DNA from: Cycas panzhihuaensis
Taxonomy: Eukaryota; Plantae; Cycadophyta
Direction: 5' to 3'
Length of the DNA: 64,000 nucleotides
Assembly: GCA_023213395.1 (NCBI GenBank)
Contig: CM041465.1
Span: forward strand, 147,629,741 to 147,693,740
The position numbers were made by a program, and so were the translations under genes. Below, one piece after another: positions 1-13,318 of this stretch (position 1 is its first letter; each line of letters starts with the position of its first letter). A model generated the notes under the pieces. The model did no database searches and was not told where the DNA came from. It worked only from the letters and a program-made list of their open reading frames with translations.

Positions 1-2101
1 CTTCTTCATGTGTCTTTAGTTCTAAAGCTTTAGTGGGACTCCCGTTAAGGAGATAGATTGATGTACTTAGAACTTCTACCCAATATTTATTTGAAACATT
101 TTTTCCCTTTAAGAGAGTCCTAGCCATTTCAGTAATTGAGCTATTTTTTCATTCTACAATTCCATTTGATTGAAGAATGTAAGCAGTAGTGAGTTGTCTT
201 TTGATCCACGAGCCTTGTAGTACTTGTAGAAGTCATTGGAAGTAAATTCTCCTCCATTGTCTATTCTTAGTACTTTGATTTTCTTTTCACTTTCCCTTTT
301 AGCTTGTGTCCTGAACTCTTTGAAAACATCGAAGGCATCAACTTTATTTTTAAGAAAATAAATCTAGATTTTTCTAGTACAATCATCTATGAAAGTCAAA
401 TAATATCTAGCTCCTTTGATGGAGACTAGAGTAATTGGTCCACAAATATCACTATGTATTAATTCCAGCTTTGTTTGGAATCTCCAAGTACTTTGATGAA
501 ACTGGAGCCTATTTTGCTTCTCTTATATGCATGCTTCACAAACAATGTGGGACTTGGGTATGGGGTGAAGACCTTTCACCGTATTGTGATGTTTGAGTAG
601 ACCAAGATATTCAAAAGACAGATGAACATACCTCATATGCCAGACTTCGCTATTGTTTTCAACGTGATTTATAGACAAGTCCTGAGTGGTAGGAGTTGCT
701 AAGAGTTTATAGAGTCCATTTTCTTCTATTCCCTCTCTTATAACTTCCTAATTTTCATCTTTAATTAGGCATTTATTGCTTTTGAATACAAGTTCAAGAA
801 TTTTCTTGGTCATTTGTGATACAGAAAGAAAATTTGTTTTCATCCTCGGCATATAAAGAACATTGCCAAGTTTTTTTTAATTTTTCCATTGATTATCACA
901 AGAATTATCCCTTTTCCTTGATTAGAGAGAGTGGTGTCGTCCCCTAACTAAATTGAGGCTCCTTCTTTGTAGCTATCAAGCTTCTTGAACCAGTCATGCC
1001 TGGTTGTGATATGTTTGGATGCTCTAGATTCAATGTACTGGTCATTTTTGGAGTTGGCCTGAGAGGATAGGCCTTCAATAAAAGAGACGTTTTCTTTGTT
1101 GCTCTCAACATTTCTCCTTTCACAAGCAATATCTTTTTTCCTAAATGTGTAGTCTACAACAAAGTTTCTAGTCTCACCACAATAAAGACATAATTTTTCG
1201 AGACATTTTCCATGAACCAATATTATTTTGCTCAGGTAGTGAGTAGATAGAAGCCATGTAGAGAAATACTGTAGAAAGAAAAATACTAGATAAAAGTTAC
1301 TTTCTTGGATTGTATGGATCCATATAGTTGTATTGTTGTATAGAAAAGAACGAATTGTGCCATTACAAAAAAATGAAATGGGACTCATATCCAAGATCTC
1401 CTTAGAATTTTTTCGAATCTACAAGTGTTTTTTCAAATTGAGCTTTGGATTGAGAGAAAATTGGCTCGAAATAGAGAATGGCGGCTAGGACTTCAATATG
1501 ATTTTTGCATGTAACTCTTGAAAACGGAAATAAAATACTACAAATTTATACTTGATAGAAAGCTTTGGTCAAGGGGAAGAGAATAAGACTAGAATCGAAG
1601 GAGACTAAGAATCTAAGCAGAAATCAACTATTGAACCTTCAAACCCACACCCACGAACTTCTTCGATTTCCTACTTATAGAGATGAAATTTGAAAATGAC
1701 TCCTTAGGACAACTCAATCCTCTTATAGAGGCGTACAAATTGGTGAATTTTCACTTCAATTTGAGCATTTTGACTTTTGTTTGTACCAAACTATACGAAA
1801 CCGTATGACAGTTTGTGCAGTTGTTTGCATGCCTTTTTGTAAACCTCTAAAGCCTCCAAAAAATGGTCCCTTTAGAAGATCTTTAGAAGATCCACTCTGA
1901 TACCATGAAGACAAATACAAAGACTTCTTGATAATTTGCATTAGCAAGATTGTACATAAATAAAAGTGAACCCTGTTGCATGAGTGACAAGTGTCTTACA
2001 TGCATAGAAGGGGTTTTATGCGACATAACCCTTACATATTAGAAACTATTAAAAAACATTAGTACTAAGCTACAACATAGGAATAAACGTTATTCCTAAC
2101 A
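1..2101 (-). mobile_element. Ty1/Copia element, 5' part (LTR, PBS, protease, GAG-pre-integrase, integrase), decayed; runs off the left edge
   Basis: On the minus strand the LTR TGTTAGGAAT...GTCTTCA (2101-1906) is followed by PBS TGGTATCAGAG (1905-1895). Protease-like YIESRASKHIT near 1040-1000. Integrase motifs LELIHSDICGP, YLTFIDD and LRIDNGGEF lie between ~470 and 240. Confidence 0.9.
1906..2101 (-). repeat. 5' LTR (196 bp) of the minus-strand Copia
   Basis: TG...CA termini and an adjacent tRNA-iMet PBS. Aligns by eye to the LTR at 9387-9573. Confidence 0.85.
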
Positions 2102-2656
2102 ACAACCTCTTGGCTATGCAAAGAATGGGGAAGAACATTTGGTCTATAAGCTCAAAAAGGCCTTATACGATCTTAAACAAGCACCAACATCTTTGCATGA
2201 TAAGATTGATCAACACTTAAAATAGAATGGGTTCACCATATGTGAGGCAGATCCAAGCATGTATGTACACAAGACAAAAGATAGAAAAGTCACCATAATT
2301 GTCTTATATGTAGATGATTTACTCATTAATGGTGACAATAGGCAGAGGATTTAGAACACAAAACAAATTGTGTACATCTTTTGAAATGACAAATATGGGA
2401 TTCTTGCACTACTATCTATGAATTGAGATAGATTGATGACATAATGGTATTTTTTTATCATAGACTAAGTATGCAAAAAGACTTTTGCGAGACTTCAACA
2501 TGGGAGATTGCAAACCAACAACAACACCAACGGAGATAAGGAGCAAGGTCACCATAGATGAAAAAGTTAAGCTTGTGAATGAAACATTATACAAGAAATT
2601 GGTAAGTACTCTAGTTTACCTAACAACCACTAAACTAGACATTGCGTATGCTATTG

Positions 2657-2922
2657 TATTAAAATATCACCTGACTAATGTAAATGTGATATAATATCTT
2701 GTGCAAAATTGATTTCTTATTTGTTTGGGCCGACAGATGCAAAGGACATTTGTATATTTTTGGTCTTACAGATCTATATATACCCAAAGACCATTTGTAC
2801 TCTTATGCTTTTGGTTCCAATGTAATTAGTGTTCTGATGTGGGTTTTCCCACGAAATCTCCTTGCGTACTTGTTTCTAAGATTGGTGTGTACATAAATGA
2901 TCTGGTAAACTCCTTTTTAACA
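2657..2922 (+). repeat. 5' LTR of Copia 2657-8790
   Basis: Direct repeat of 8524-8790. Terminal TG is mutated to TA; ends in CA directly before the PBS. Confidence 0.95.
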
Positions 2923-4398
2923 TGGTATCAGAGCTCGTGGTTGTACGTTGCCGCCGGATGAGCCGCATGGTGCTGTGATCATGTTGGTTTTTGTTATTTG
3001 ATTGCTGGAGCGTGTAGATGCGTGGAATTGTGTAGAAAATTGGTGCAACCCTATCATTAGTTGCGATGGACATTTGAGAAGAGAGCTGAAGGCAAATCGA
3101 CCTTGAAGAAGTTGCAGATGCCCTATCCAAATCCATCTGGTCTCTCTTAAAGGTATCTTATGATATTCTTTCATTTCTCTTGCTTTGTTGTCCTCATAGT
3201 GCTGTTCTTTCTTCTGCATTCCCATATCTATTTCGTTGTTCCTGCATCATTATAAAACCCTAAAAATTGCTGTAGAAAGTCAGTATGTTTTGTTGATAGC
3301 CATATTTCCTTTGGTGTTTGCATTTGGCCAATCAAACTTGAAGCATCTTGGCTGTTCACTGTAATGTTCTGTCACCCTTTATTGTCTTCTTGCCTGCATC
3401 TCTCTTGCTGCCCTAGTAAATTGCTTCTCGATATATTTCTGAAGGATATAATACAATCTCATTAGAATACTCAAAGCATTATTGTCGCCCATCTGCATAT
3501 GATTCTATTCCTCAGTCTGCTATGTATCTAAATGCGTCTTACCTGTTGCATCTATCGTTTTTGATCGATTAGAAGCCATTCATCGATCTGGAAATGAGGT
3601 TGTGTCTTCAGTCTGCCGCTATATTGTCCTTATACAGTCGTTGTTGCATATCTTCATACAGTTGCCATCGCCTTTTGAAGATATCTTGAGTCACCGTTGA
3701 AATTTCGAGCTGAACGCATTAATACTCTTCATGTATTTAACCCTGGCTTAAATACTGCTGTATCTTGTCTTCGTTACGTTGTAATATGTGAATTCAGAGC
3801 GACTTTAGTGATTTGCTTGTTGCATTGAATCTCATGTATCTGGTGGACTTTGAAACAATTTTTTATGTTAGCCTGGTAAGGTAATGCGTCACAGCTGAGT
3901 ATCACGTCTTTTATTCATTCTCATACATTGACGGTTGCAGGTGTATGAGAAGTTCGTTGTGACTTTTATAATTGTAGTACAATGCTGGTTTTGAATTGAT
4001 TTTTTATAAAGGTTTAATTTGTTACCTTTATAAATCAATAGTGTGCTTTATTAAGGCTTAATTTTATATTGAGAAGGATTAATGTTGAGCAACTGAGTTG
4101 AATATTATTCTGAGCTGCGATTTCGCTCGTTAAGGGTCTACTTAATTGCTGTTATGGGAGATTGTATTTGGGTGACAAGAAAGGCATATGATGCAATAAT
4201 TACGTTGATTCAGAAGTGTGTCATGTTTAATTGCAATCAGACTTGAGGTTGTCCAATTCAAAGTGGTTCGGTTTCTGAAGTCATTCAGCTTAATTGATCT
4301 TGAATTATATGTTGAGGGCTTAGAATAAGTTTACTATTCAAGAGAAGTTGCTTGGTATCAGTTAATTTTCTGAGTTGTTTTGCCAATTCCTTTAAGTC

Positions 4399-7300
4399 AT
4401 GGAGAAGCTAGCCCTATTAGTTACCTTCAATGGGAATAATTTTAGTGAGTGGAAGGCACATATGGAGCTTGTTTTAATGGTAAACCAGCTTTGGGGAATC
4501 ACCAAGTCACCTTTATTAAGCTTGCCTTTAGATGAAAAAGATTGTGTATGTGTTGAAGAAAGACGGTTCATGGTTGTTGGTCTTCTCAAGTTGTCTTTGG
4601 ACCTCGATCAAAGAGCTTTAGTACCCAATCTTGAAACCCCATACGAAATTTAGACTAAACTATGTGAGACTTTTGAGAAAAAGAAGACTAATCGTCGTGT
4701 TGCCCTCATGATGGAATTATTGAGTGCAAAAGTAGAAGACAAAAATAACATTAGTGCCTTCTTGAACAACATTACTAATTTGAGAAATATATTGGATGAG
4801 CTAAAGTCAAACTCAATAGATGATGCTTTGCTGTTTGCTATTATTATGTCTAAATTACCAGTTGCATTTACCACCTTTCAGACTGTTTATAGTAGTGATG
4901 AAGCCATGGAAGGTGAGTCTTTTGAGTCCTTGAAAAATTTGATCTTGGCTGAAGATGCCAAATTGAAGCATCATGGGATGCTCGGTGGATCTGTTTCAAA
5001 CTAGGCCTTGGTAATGAAGATACAAAAGAAGGATAGAGTTCATGAAAGTAAGTCTACACAGAAGATTGGTGAGACCTCCCGAGAAAAGAAGAAGTTCATG
5101 GGTAGGTGTAATTACTGCAAGAAAGATGGTCACAGAGAAAGAAACTGTTGGATCAAGAAATGGGATAAGCGCAAGGTAAACCAAGATGAGAGAGGAAAGA
5201 GTGTAGCGGCACATTGTATTCGAGTCTCAACAATATCATCTAAAAAGAAAGACTATTGGATCTTAGACTCAGGTGTTCAAAAACACATCACCTATCAGAA
5301 GCATAATTTTGATGCCATGGCACATTGTATTCGAGTCTCAACAATATCATCTGAAAAGAAAGACTATTGGATCTTAGACTCAGGTGTTAAAAAACACATC
5401 ACCTATTAGAAGCATAATTTTGATGCCGTGGATGCAGGTTCAATTGATGCTAATGTGATTCTTGGAGATGCCAGTGTTTTGCATGTAGAAGGTATTGGAA
5501 CTGTTTCACTTGCAGGTGGAAAATTTAATGGTGTTTATTACGTGCCTCAAATGAAACTAAATCTTCTTTTGGCCTGGGAAATCTGCAAGCAAGGTATGAA
5601 AATTGAGCTCTATAATGATAAATGCGTAGTTAAAGATCCAAAGAAAAACTACTCTATTGTTGCTACTGGGAAAGTACAGGATAACGTTTGGGTGTTCGAG
5701 TCTTTTAAAGCTCAGCAGGATGCTTATACTTTCATTACTAGTGCTGATGATATGAGTAAGTTGTGGCATGAAAGATTGGGTCATCTTAACTATGGGTGCA
5801 TCAACTTAATGAATCGATTGAACATGGTAATTGGTTTGCCTCATATTCAATGTTCAAAGGGTGCTTGTGAGGGATGTATGTATGGAAAACATCAGCGTTA
5901 TCCTTTTTCTAAAGATAGTGCTTGGAGGGCAAAAGAGAAATTAGAACTTGTCCATATAGATTTGATGGGTCCATTACCTAATCCTTCTATTTCTGGAGTT
6001 CGCTATGTGCTTGTGTTTGTGGATGATTTCAGTAGAAAAACCTGGGTATTCTTTTTAAAGAATAAGTATGATGTATTTGATAGATTTTGTGAATGGAAAG
6101 CTTGTGTTGAGAATGAATGTGGTATGAAGATTAAGATTTTAAGAAGTGATAATGGAAAGGAGTATGATAATAATGCCTTTCATCAACTCTGTCTTACCAA
6201 TGGTATTAAGCGGGATTTACTGTCCCATATACCCCATAGCAAAATGGTGTAGTAGAAAGGAAAAATCATACCATAATGGAAATGGCGAGGTGTATGGTGC
6301 ATGGTAAGAGTTTGCCTCCCAAGTTTTGGGCAGAAGCTGTGGCGACAACTGTTCATATCTTGAATAGGGTACCTACTATGGCTGTTCATGGCATTACCTT
6401 TGAAGAATGTTGGACCGGTTAGAAACCTTCCATTAACTATTTTAAGGTATTTGAGTGCATTGCCTATGCACACATCCCAGACGAAAATCGAAAGAAATTG
6501 GATCCCAAGAGTTTAAAGTGTATTTTTGTGGGGTGCTTTCAAGAGTATAAGGCTTATAGACTTTGGGATCCGCAAGGGGGGAAAATCTTGATTAGTTGGG
6601 ATGTTAAGTTTGATGAGTCGATGACGTATCATGTTGACAGATCATCTGAAGATACATTTTATCTTCCTCTTCTACCTTTTCTGAGCCATGATTTAGCAGG
6701 TTTACAGGTACATGAGCCTGTTCCTCAAATAGAGACAGAAGCAGGACCTTGTGGAAGTTATATAGAGGAGTCGTTACAAGATGAAACACGGTCTACACCC
6801 CGTGTTCCTCTATGGAAAAGAAGAACCATTGAAGATTTCGGTGTGACAGTTGAGAATCTAGAAGATGGTCGAAGAACAAGAAGTCAACATGCTAGTGAGG
6901 CCCTAGTGATGAACACCAACGATTCCAACGATTTTATTTCGTTTAAAGAAGCGAAGGATGATCCGCGATGGAAAGTTGCAATGGAGGAAGAATTTTGTTC
7001 TCTTATGAAGAATGATACATGGGATTTAGTTCCTCTTCCTCCCTCCAAAAACTTGATTGGCTGCAAGTGGGTCTACAAGGTAAAGTTTCACTACAATGGT
7101 GAAGTAGACAAATATAAGGCTAGACTTGTAGCTCAAGGTTTTAAACAGAAAGAAGGAATCGATTATGAAGAGAGTTTTGCATTGGTCTCTAAGATTTCAA
7201 CGGTCCGATTGATCCTTGCTTCAGCAGCTACATTTGGTTGGGAGTTACATCAAATGGAAGTAAAGTCTGCATTTCTTCACGGAGATTTGAATGAGGAGAT

Positions 7301-8450
7301 CTACATGGCCCAACCTCTAAGTTTCGTGAAGGAAGGACAAGACCATTTAGTTTGCTGCTTGAAGAAATCTCTTTATGGCCTAAAACAAGCACCTCGTGCT
7401 TGGTATGAAAAGATCGATGCTAGATTGAAGGAAGATGGTTTTGTGACAACAAATTTAGAACCAAGTCTTTATATTAGAAAGAGAGCATTTTCAATAGTTC
7501 TTGCTATTTTGTATGTGGATGATCTTATCATTACAGGTAATTTTAGCAGGACTATTGCAAATACAAAGGCCTTTTCAGGTCATAACTTTGATATGATAGA
7601 TCTTGGTCCTCTTCATCACTTCTTGGGCATCGAGATTAGGCAGCTAGATGATTGCATCATGATGTTACAGACAAGGTATGCTCAATCCCTACTTGAGAAA
7701 TTTGGGATAAAGGATTGTAAACCAGCAAAGATACCATGTGTGAAAGGCACAAAGCTTCTGAAGAACATGGATAAACCAGCTGTCAATGGGAAATTGTGTC
7801 GGCAATTAGTAGGGAGTTTGATTTATCTAACTCATACTAGACCTGATATTGCCTATGTTATTGGATTGGTATCTCGTTTCATGTAGAATCCCCAAGAGCC
7901 ACATTTGAGTGTAGCAAAGAGGATTTTGAAGTATGTTAAGGGTACACTTAATCTACTCCTTGAATGCCTTCGTGATGGAAAGGCAAAATTGTATGGGTAT
8001 ACGGATGTTGATTGGGGCGGAGATGCAGAAGACCGAAAATCAACTGCAGGTTATATTTTTGGCATTGGTAATGGGTTTGTCTCATGGCAATCCAAAAAGC
8101 AATCTACGATGGCCTTGTCTTCTACAGAAGCTGAGTATTAAAGTCTAAGCGTTGGTGCAAGGGAAGCTGTATGGTTGCAGGGACTTTTGGAGACCCTTGG
8201 AGTATAATCTAGCACTCCTGTTATCCATAGCGATAATCAAAGTGCTATTTGACTTTCAAAGAATCCAGAGTTTCACGCACGTACGAAGCACATTGAAATC
8301 CAACATCATTACATCTGTGAGTTAATCAGATCGGGGAAGATGTAGGTTGAATTTTGTCCAAGTGAGGAGCAACTTGCCGACGTGTTCACCAAGGCTCTTA
8401 CTGAAGATCGATTTTATAAGATTCATGCAAGTTTGGGTCTTAGTCTTGAA
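4399..8450 (+). pseudogene. Copia gag-pol polyprotein, disrupted
   Basis: Gag FNGNNFSEWK; knuckle CNYCKKDGHRERNC; protease WILDSG; GAG-pre-integrase LWHERLGHL; integrase VFVDDFSRK and LRSDNGKEY; RT YKARLVAQG, LYGLKQAPRAW and LYVDD; RNase H GYTDVDWGG...STEAEY. Several in-frame stops. Confidence 0.95.
5208..5429 (+). repeat. 111-bp tandem duplication of the protease active-site region
   Basis: AHCIRVSTISS.KKDYWILDSGV.KHITY occurs twice; the units start at 5208 and 5319. Confidence 0.95.
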
Positions 8451-8523
8451 GGGGGATCTACCTTCAAGGATAAAGGTTAGACACTTCATAGTTGTGAAGA
8501 CCAACATTTACATTAAGGGGGAA

Positions 8524-8790
8524 TGTTAAAATATCACCCGACTAATGTAAATGTGATATAATATCTTGTGCGAACCTTATTTCTTATTTGTTTGGGCCGA
8601 CAGATGTAAAGGACATTTGTATATTTTTGGTCTTATGGATCTATGTATACCCGAAGACCATTTGTACTCTTATGCTTTTTGGTTTCAATGTAATCGGTGT
8701 TCTGATGTGGGTTTTCCCATGAAATCTCCTTGCATACTTATTTTTGAGATTGGTGTGTACATAAACGATCTTGTAAGCTCTTTTTTAACA
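8524..8790 (+). repeat. 3' LTR of Copia 2657-8790
   Basis: TGTTAAAATATC...TTTTAACA, preceded by the PPT and followed by TSD TATTG. Confidence 0.95.
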
Positions 8791-11668
8791 TATTGGAATA
8801 ATATCTTGATTTTTGTCTGCCCCCAAGGAAATACATTGCAAGGTTGCCAAGAGGATTCTAAGGAATGCGAAAGGTACCTTAAATCTACGTTTAGAGCACT
8901 CTAAAGCCAAAGGTGTCAAGCTAATTAGATACATTGATTTAGACTATGCTGGAGAAGTCAATGAACATAAATCAACCCCCGGATATTGTTCCAGTCTAAT
9001 TAGTGGTATCATTTGCCATTGCAACAAGGAACAACCGACCATTGCGTTATCTTCTATGAAAGCATAGTACAAAGCAACTGTCAACACTTCATGTGAGGCT
9101 ATATGGTTCAAAGGGGTGTTGGAAGAACTAAATCAGGGTCAACCATTCTTGACTCAACCAAAATACTATAAAAATGACTAGAAATCTAGTCTTCCATCCT
9201 AGAACTAAACATATCAAAGTCCATCATCACTTCATCAAAGAAAACACTTAGTAGGAGATTGAGATACTATATTGTCTGAGTGAAGAATAATTAGCAGACA
9301 TCTTTAGCAAACCACTTGGAAAACAAAAGTTTCAGCATTTCAAACAACAAAACAAGGCAATAAACATCATTGCGGTGTGGGGGGGTATTAGAAATAATGT
9401 TTATTCCTAAGTTATAAACTTAGGATTATTCTCTAAAAATTAAGTGTCATGTCTCATAAATCCCATTCTATTCATGGACGACACTTGTCACTCATGTAGA
9501 GGGGATCTCTTTGTGTTTATGTATGTTATTATCAATGCCAAATTATCAAGTAATACTCTTCAAATTGTCTTCAGTTACAACAACTAGGTTAGCCCTATTA
9601 TGGTTGTGCCCAAGAAAAATGGAAAAATCAAAGCATATGTCAATCATTGATAGTTAAACAAAGTAATTAAAAAGGACCCTTTCCCAATACCCTTCACAAA
9701 GGATGTTTTGGAAATAATAGGAGGAAAAGAAGTTTGTTCCTTCACTGATGGGTTTAGCGAGTATAATTATGTTAGTATAGCTTCATAAGGACAATCTAGA
9801 ATAATCATTGTCATGAAATGGGGAAATATTGCCTACCAAATAATGCTATTTGCCCTTACAAATGCTTCAACAACATTTTAGAGAATAATCCTCAACATGT
9901 TTAAGAAGATGGTTGGGGCAAAGGTCATCATTTTTCTTGATGACTGGATGTTATATGGAATCTTAAGGAATCACTTGGACAATATACGCGAAATGCTCTA
10001 GACATGTTGAGACTATAAACTTTGTTGAAATCCAGAGAGATAGATGCATGCTTTCAGTGCCATTTGGCAATTAGAACATAAGTAAAAAGGGATTGCTTAT
10101 AGACCTAGTGAAAGTATCTTCCATACTTAAATTTTGAATCCTGATCATGTGAAAATCGTTAAAAGGATTCCTTGGTTTGATTGAATATTATCGAAGATTC
10201 ACGAAACGTTATGCCTATATTTTAGGATTCCTTGGGGATCTACTAAAAAATGACATAGAATGTGAATGGGAGGACGAGCAACAAATGATCTTTGAAGCCT
10301 TAAATAATGCTACCACATTTGCCCAAATCCTATGATTCCCTAGTTTGAACAAAGTGTTCCATGCGTATGTTGATGCATTCCAATTTGCAATTGATTGCGT
10401 GTTAGCATAGCCAAATGATAAAAACATTGACTATCCAATTTCATTTGCATGTAAGAAGTTGAGGGATCCAAACATAATTATATGATGACCAAATGGGAAG
10501 CATTGGGAATGGTGCATGCATTGCAAAACTTTTAGCACTATCTATTATTCAACCCTTTTGTATTCTATGTTGATCATTATGCATTGATGTACCTCATGAA
10601 TAAGCCATTATTGAGACAAAAAATTAGTTGATGGCTTATGCTATTCAACAACTTACATTTAAGATTATAGTCAAGCTAGGAAAAGGCTGTATAATACTGG
10701 ACCAGTTGTTTAGGATGAATAATGTCAAACGAAATGACAAGGATGTGAGATGGTTTTTCTGATACACATCTATTCAAAATTGAGGTAGTGGTACTAGAAT
10801 GGTATGAAGGGATTTCAAAATATTTATCCACAAGTGAAATACCACCTAGTTTAAACAAAGTAGAGAGATAGCATTTGGCAAGGAAAGCAGGCCCATATCA
10901 ACTAATCTAAGGGGAACTATTCTAGCTAGAGCTAGATAATATTCTAAGAAGATACATTGTTCTACATGAAGTTGCTCAAGTTATATCCCAAGCTTACCAA
11001 GGCATATTTGGAGGCCATATAGGTAAAGATACAATAGCTTAGAAGATACTAAATGTAGGACTATGGTGGTCGATGAGGCTTGAGGATGCCCAAAAATGAG
11101 TAAAGAAATGCAATCATTGCTAAAGAATGGGTATATCCCATTGATAAGATTTTCAGCCCCTGGATATTGTGTTGCCAAAAGCACCCTTAGAGAAGTGGGG
11201 GATGGAATTTATTGGCTTCATTTGGCCAACAACTTAACAATCACAAGCATGTTACATCCTAGTTGCTATAGATTATATGACCAAGTGGATGGAGGCACAA
11301 TCTCTAAGTGAAGTCAATGCTAAATGTATGACAAGATATTTATATGAAGTGATCATTATTGAATTCAACTGCCCCCTTGAACTTGTTAGTGACTAGGGTG
11401 GGTGTTTCCTAAACAAGGTTAGTGAGGAATTAACCTCAACTTTTCTATATCAACCGTCAAAAATCAATGCCACATCACCCTTGATCTAAGGATCAAGCAA
11501 GATGTTCTAAGAGAATAATTGAAGTTTGCTTGAGAAAAAAATGTGATGTTGGAAGAGTTAATTGGGTAGAAAAGTTGCACTTAATGTTATGGGCATTTTG
11601 AACAACATATAAATGATCAATGGACTAGATCCCATTTTGACTAGTATATGGGATCGAAGAAGTTGTAC

Positions 11669-13318
11669 TATGACAACCCAATATCCCAAATGGTGTAGAA
11701 TAATAAACAAAATTTATTTCTCTTTTCTTTTTGTGACACTAAGGATACCACCTTTTGAAGATTGTTTGAGCTTAATCTCCAAAATAGCAACAACAACAAC
11801 AATACACAGTGAACCACAGGTCTAGCAAGCTACACAATATGTTGATAATTTGAGGATCTAGGAATACAAAACTCACTATGTGACACTAATGTGCATACAC
11901 TTTACTCTATGTAATGTGATTTAGAACACATAACTCAAGTATAAATTTCCACACATGTAATATAAGCCTGCTAGTCATTTCACAACTTCTGCAGAATATT
12001 TATAGAGTGAACTTATCTTTAGGTGGGAAAAAATAGATAAAGGTATTCATTCCCCGACCATTTAGAAACTCCACGTGAGTATCTGCCCTCAAGTCGAGGC
12101 ATGCGGTATAAATGCTAGGGTACTTCCTTTTGACTCTTCACTTGTGACCTAACTCCCAATTCAACATCTCAAACCCATTGGTTCATTACTATCAATCAAA
12201 CTATGACTCAATGTTAAAACACCAAGGCTTATCTGATGGTATCACATCATATCCACCCTTTTTCCATGCCAATATGTTCAAACTAAAACCAATGGCAACT
12301 CATCCACATGGTCCTAGATCAACGCGTGGTCCCCAACTAAGTCATCACCACAGACTATTGACACATGGTCCTAGACTAAGCCATCGATATATAAGATCGA
12401 TGTAGGGTCCCAAACCTAGTTGCCATTACATGCCAAACAACATATATTCTCTCGCCATGGAGGAAGTTCCTACATATTGAGCACAAGAGCAAGCAATATA
12501 CTCGTAATCTCTTCTAAGAAATTCTCCACCTACAATGATATCATACCCTTACCAACAACATAGATTCCAATATAACTAGCATAAGAGAAATCAACAATGC
12601 AAATGTAAGTGTCACCCAACGTCATATCTCCCCCAGATTCCACTATATAATATGATCCATCCTTAGCAATGCTTTCCTTTCTCCCTTTTTTGAATGTACT
12701 CTCTTCCCATAAAAGAATCAAGACCTCCTTCTTGTCAAGGATGAAGAAGTCTCTGAAGCAAGTCTCCCCAAAATAAATGAACATTCTCTAAAGTAAATGA
12801 AATAACACTCGAGTCTATACCAACCCAAAAGCAAGATTTTCTTTCTCCCCACAAGGCTCCTATCATTAATACCCTTTCCCATCATAGGAACGGTCTAGGC
12901 TAAAAGGTGGAATCGTTAAAAGGGAATGGACATAAAGGTCATGGCTTCTAGAATTTGCCCCTTGGGAATTTCCCATGTCGTTCATATCCCTGCCCCCTCT
13001 TATTTACATTTATTGTCTTTGCAATTTGGCCACATTTATTTAGTGGGCTTAGTATTTACATCATTTACAATATATGTGTATGTGGACATCAAAATGTTTG
13101 CATGTGCATAGCATGCACACACAGGCCTGTTTACTCCAAGGTTACATAACACCATATTCTAATAAGAACTACAACCAAGGTGCATCCTGTGTACCTGAGG
13201 AGGCTTTTAACTAGCTTCCATTTACATCAATGTGTGATTACATTAAAATAACAAGAGGAAACATAAGAAAGTGAATATACAATGATGTTATACGATAGAT
13301 ACCAAGTGGGGTATTACA
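11669..13318. mobile_element. Probable solo LTR (~1.65 kb, Tekay/Del-like termini) inserted in the old Gypsy integrase
   Basis: Termini TATGACAACCC...GGGGTATTACA. Near-TSD TGTAC (11664-11668) / TGTAT (13319-13323). Host integrase LVYG.E.V|P..F.I.SL resumes after it. No coding motifs inside. Confidence 0.7.

Larger units (their letters stand above)
2657..8790 (+). mobile_element. Complete Ty1/Copia LTR retrotransposon (inactivated by stops and frameshifts)
   Basis: LTRs 2657-2922 and 8524-8790 (~91% identical by manual count). TSD TATTG at 2652-2656 and 8791-8795. PBS TGGTATCAGAGC 2923-2934, PPT AAGGGGGAA 8515-8523. Domain order gag-PR-INT-RT-RH. Confidence 0.97.
2102..9573 (+). mobile_element. 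Ty1/Copia element, 3' half (RT, RNase H, PPT, 3' LTR), split by the insertion at 2657-8790
   Basis: RT motifs QPLGY..KLKKALYDLKQAP and LYVDD at 2102-2330. DIAYAI|GIISxFLSAPKEIHCKVAKRIL reads straight across the insertion. RNase H remnant to ~9330, G-rich PPT at ~9379-9386, LTR 9387-9573. Confidence 0.88.

Noticed and set aside
2699-2896. Similar small ORFs at 2699-2896 and 8566-8904 (also 35977-36168 and 45627-45866)
   Set aside because: They are similar only because they lie in paired LTRs.
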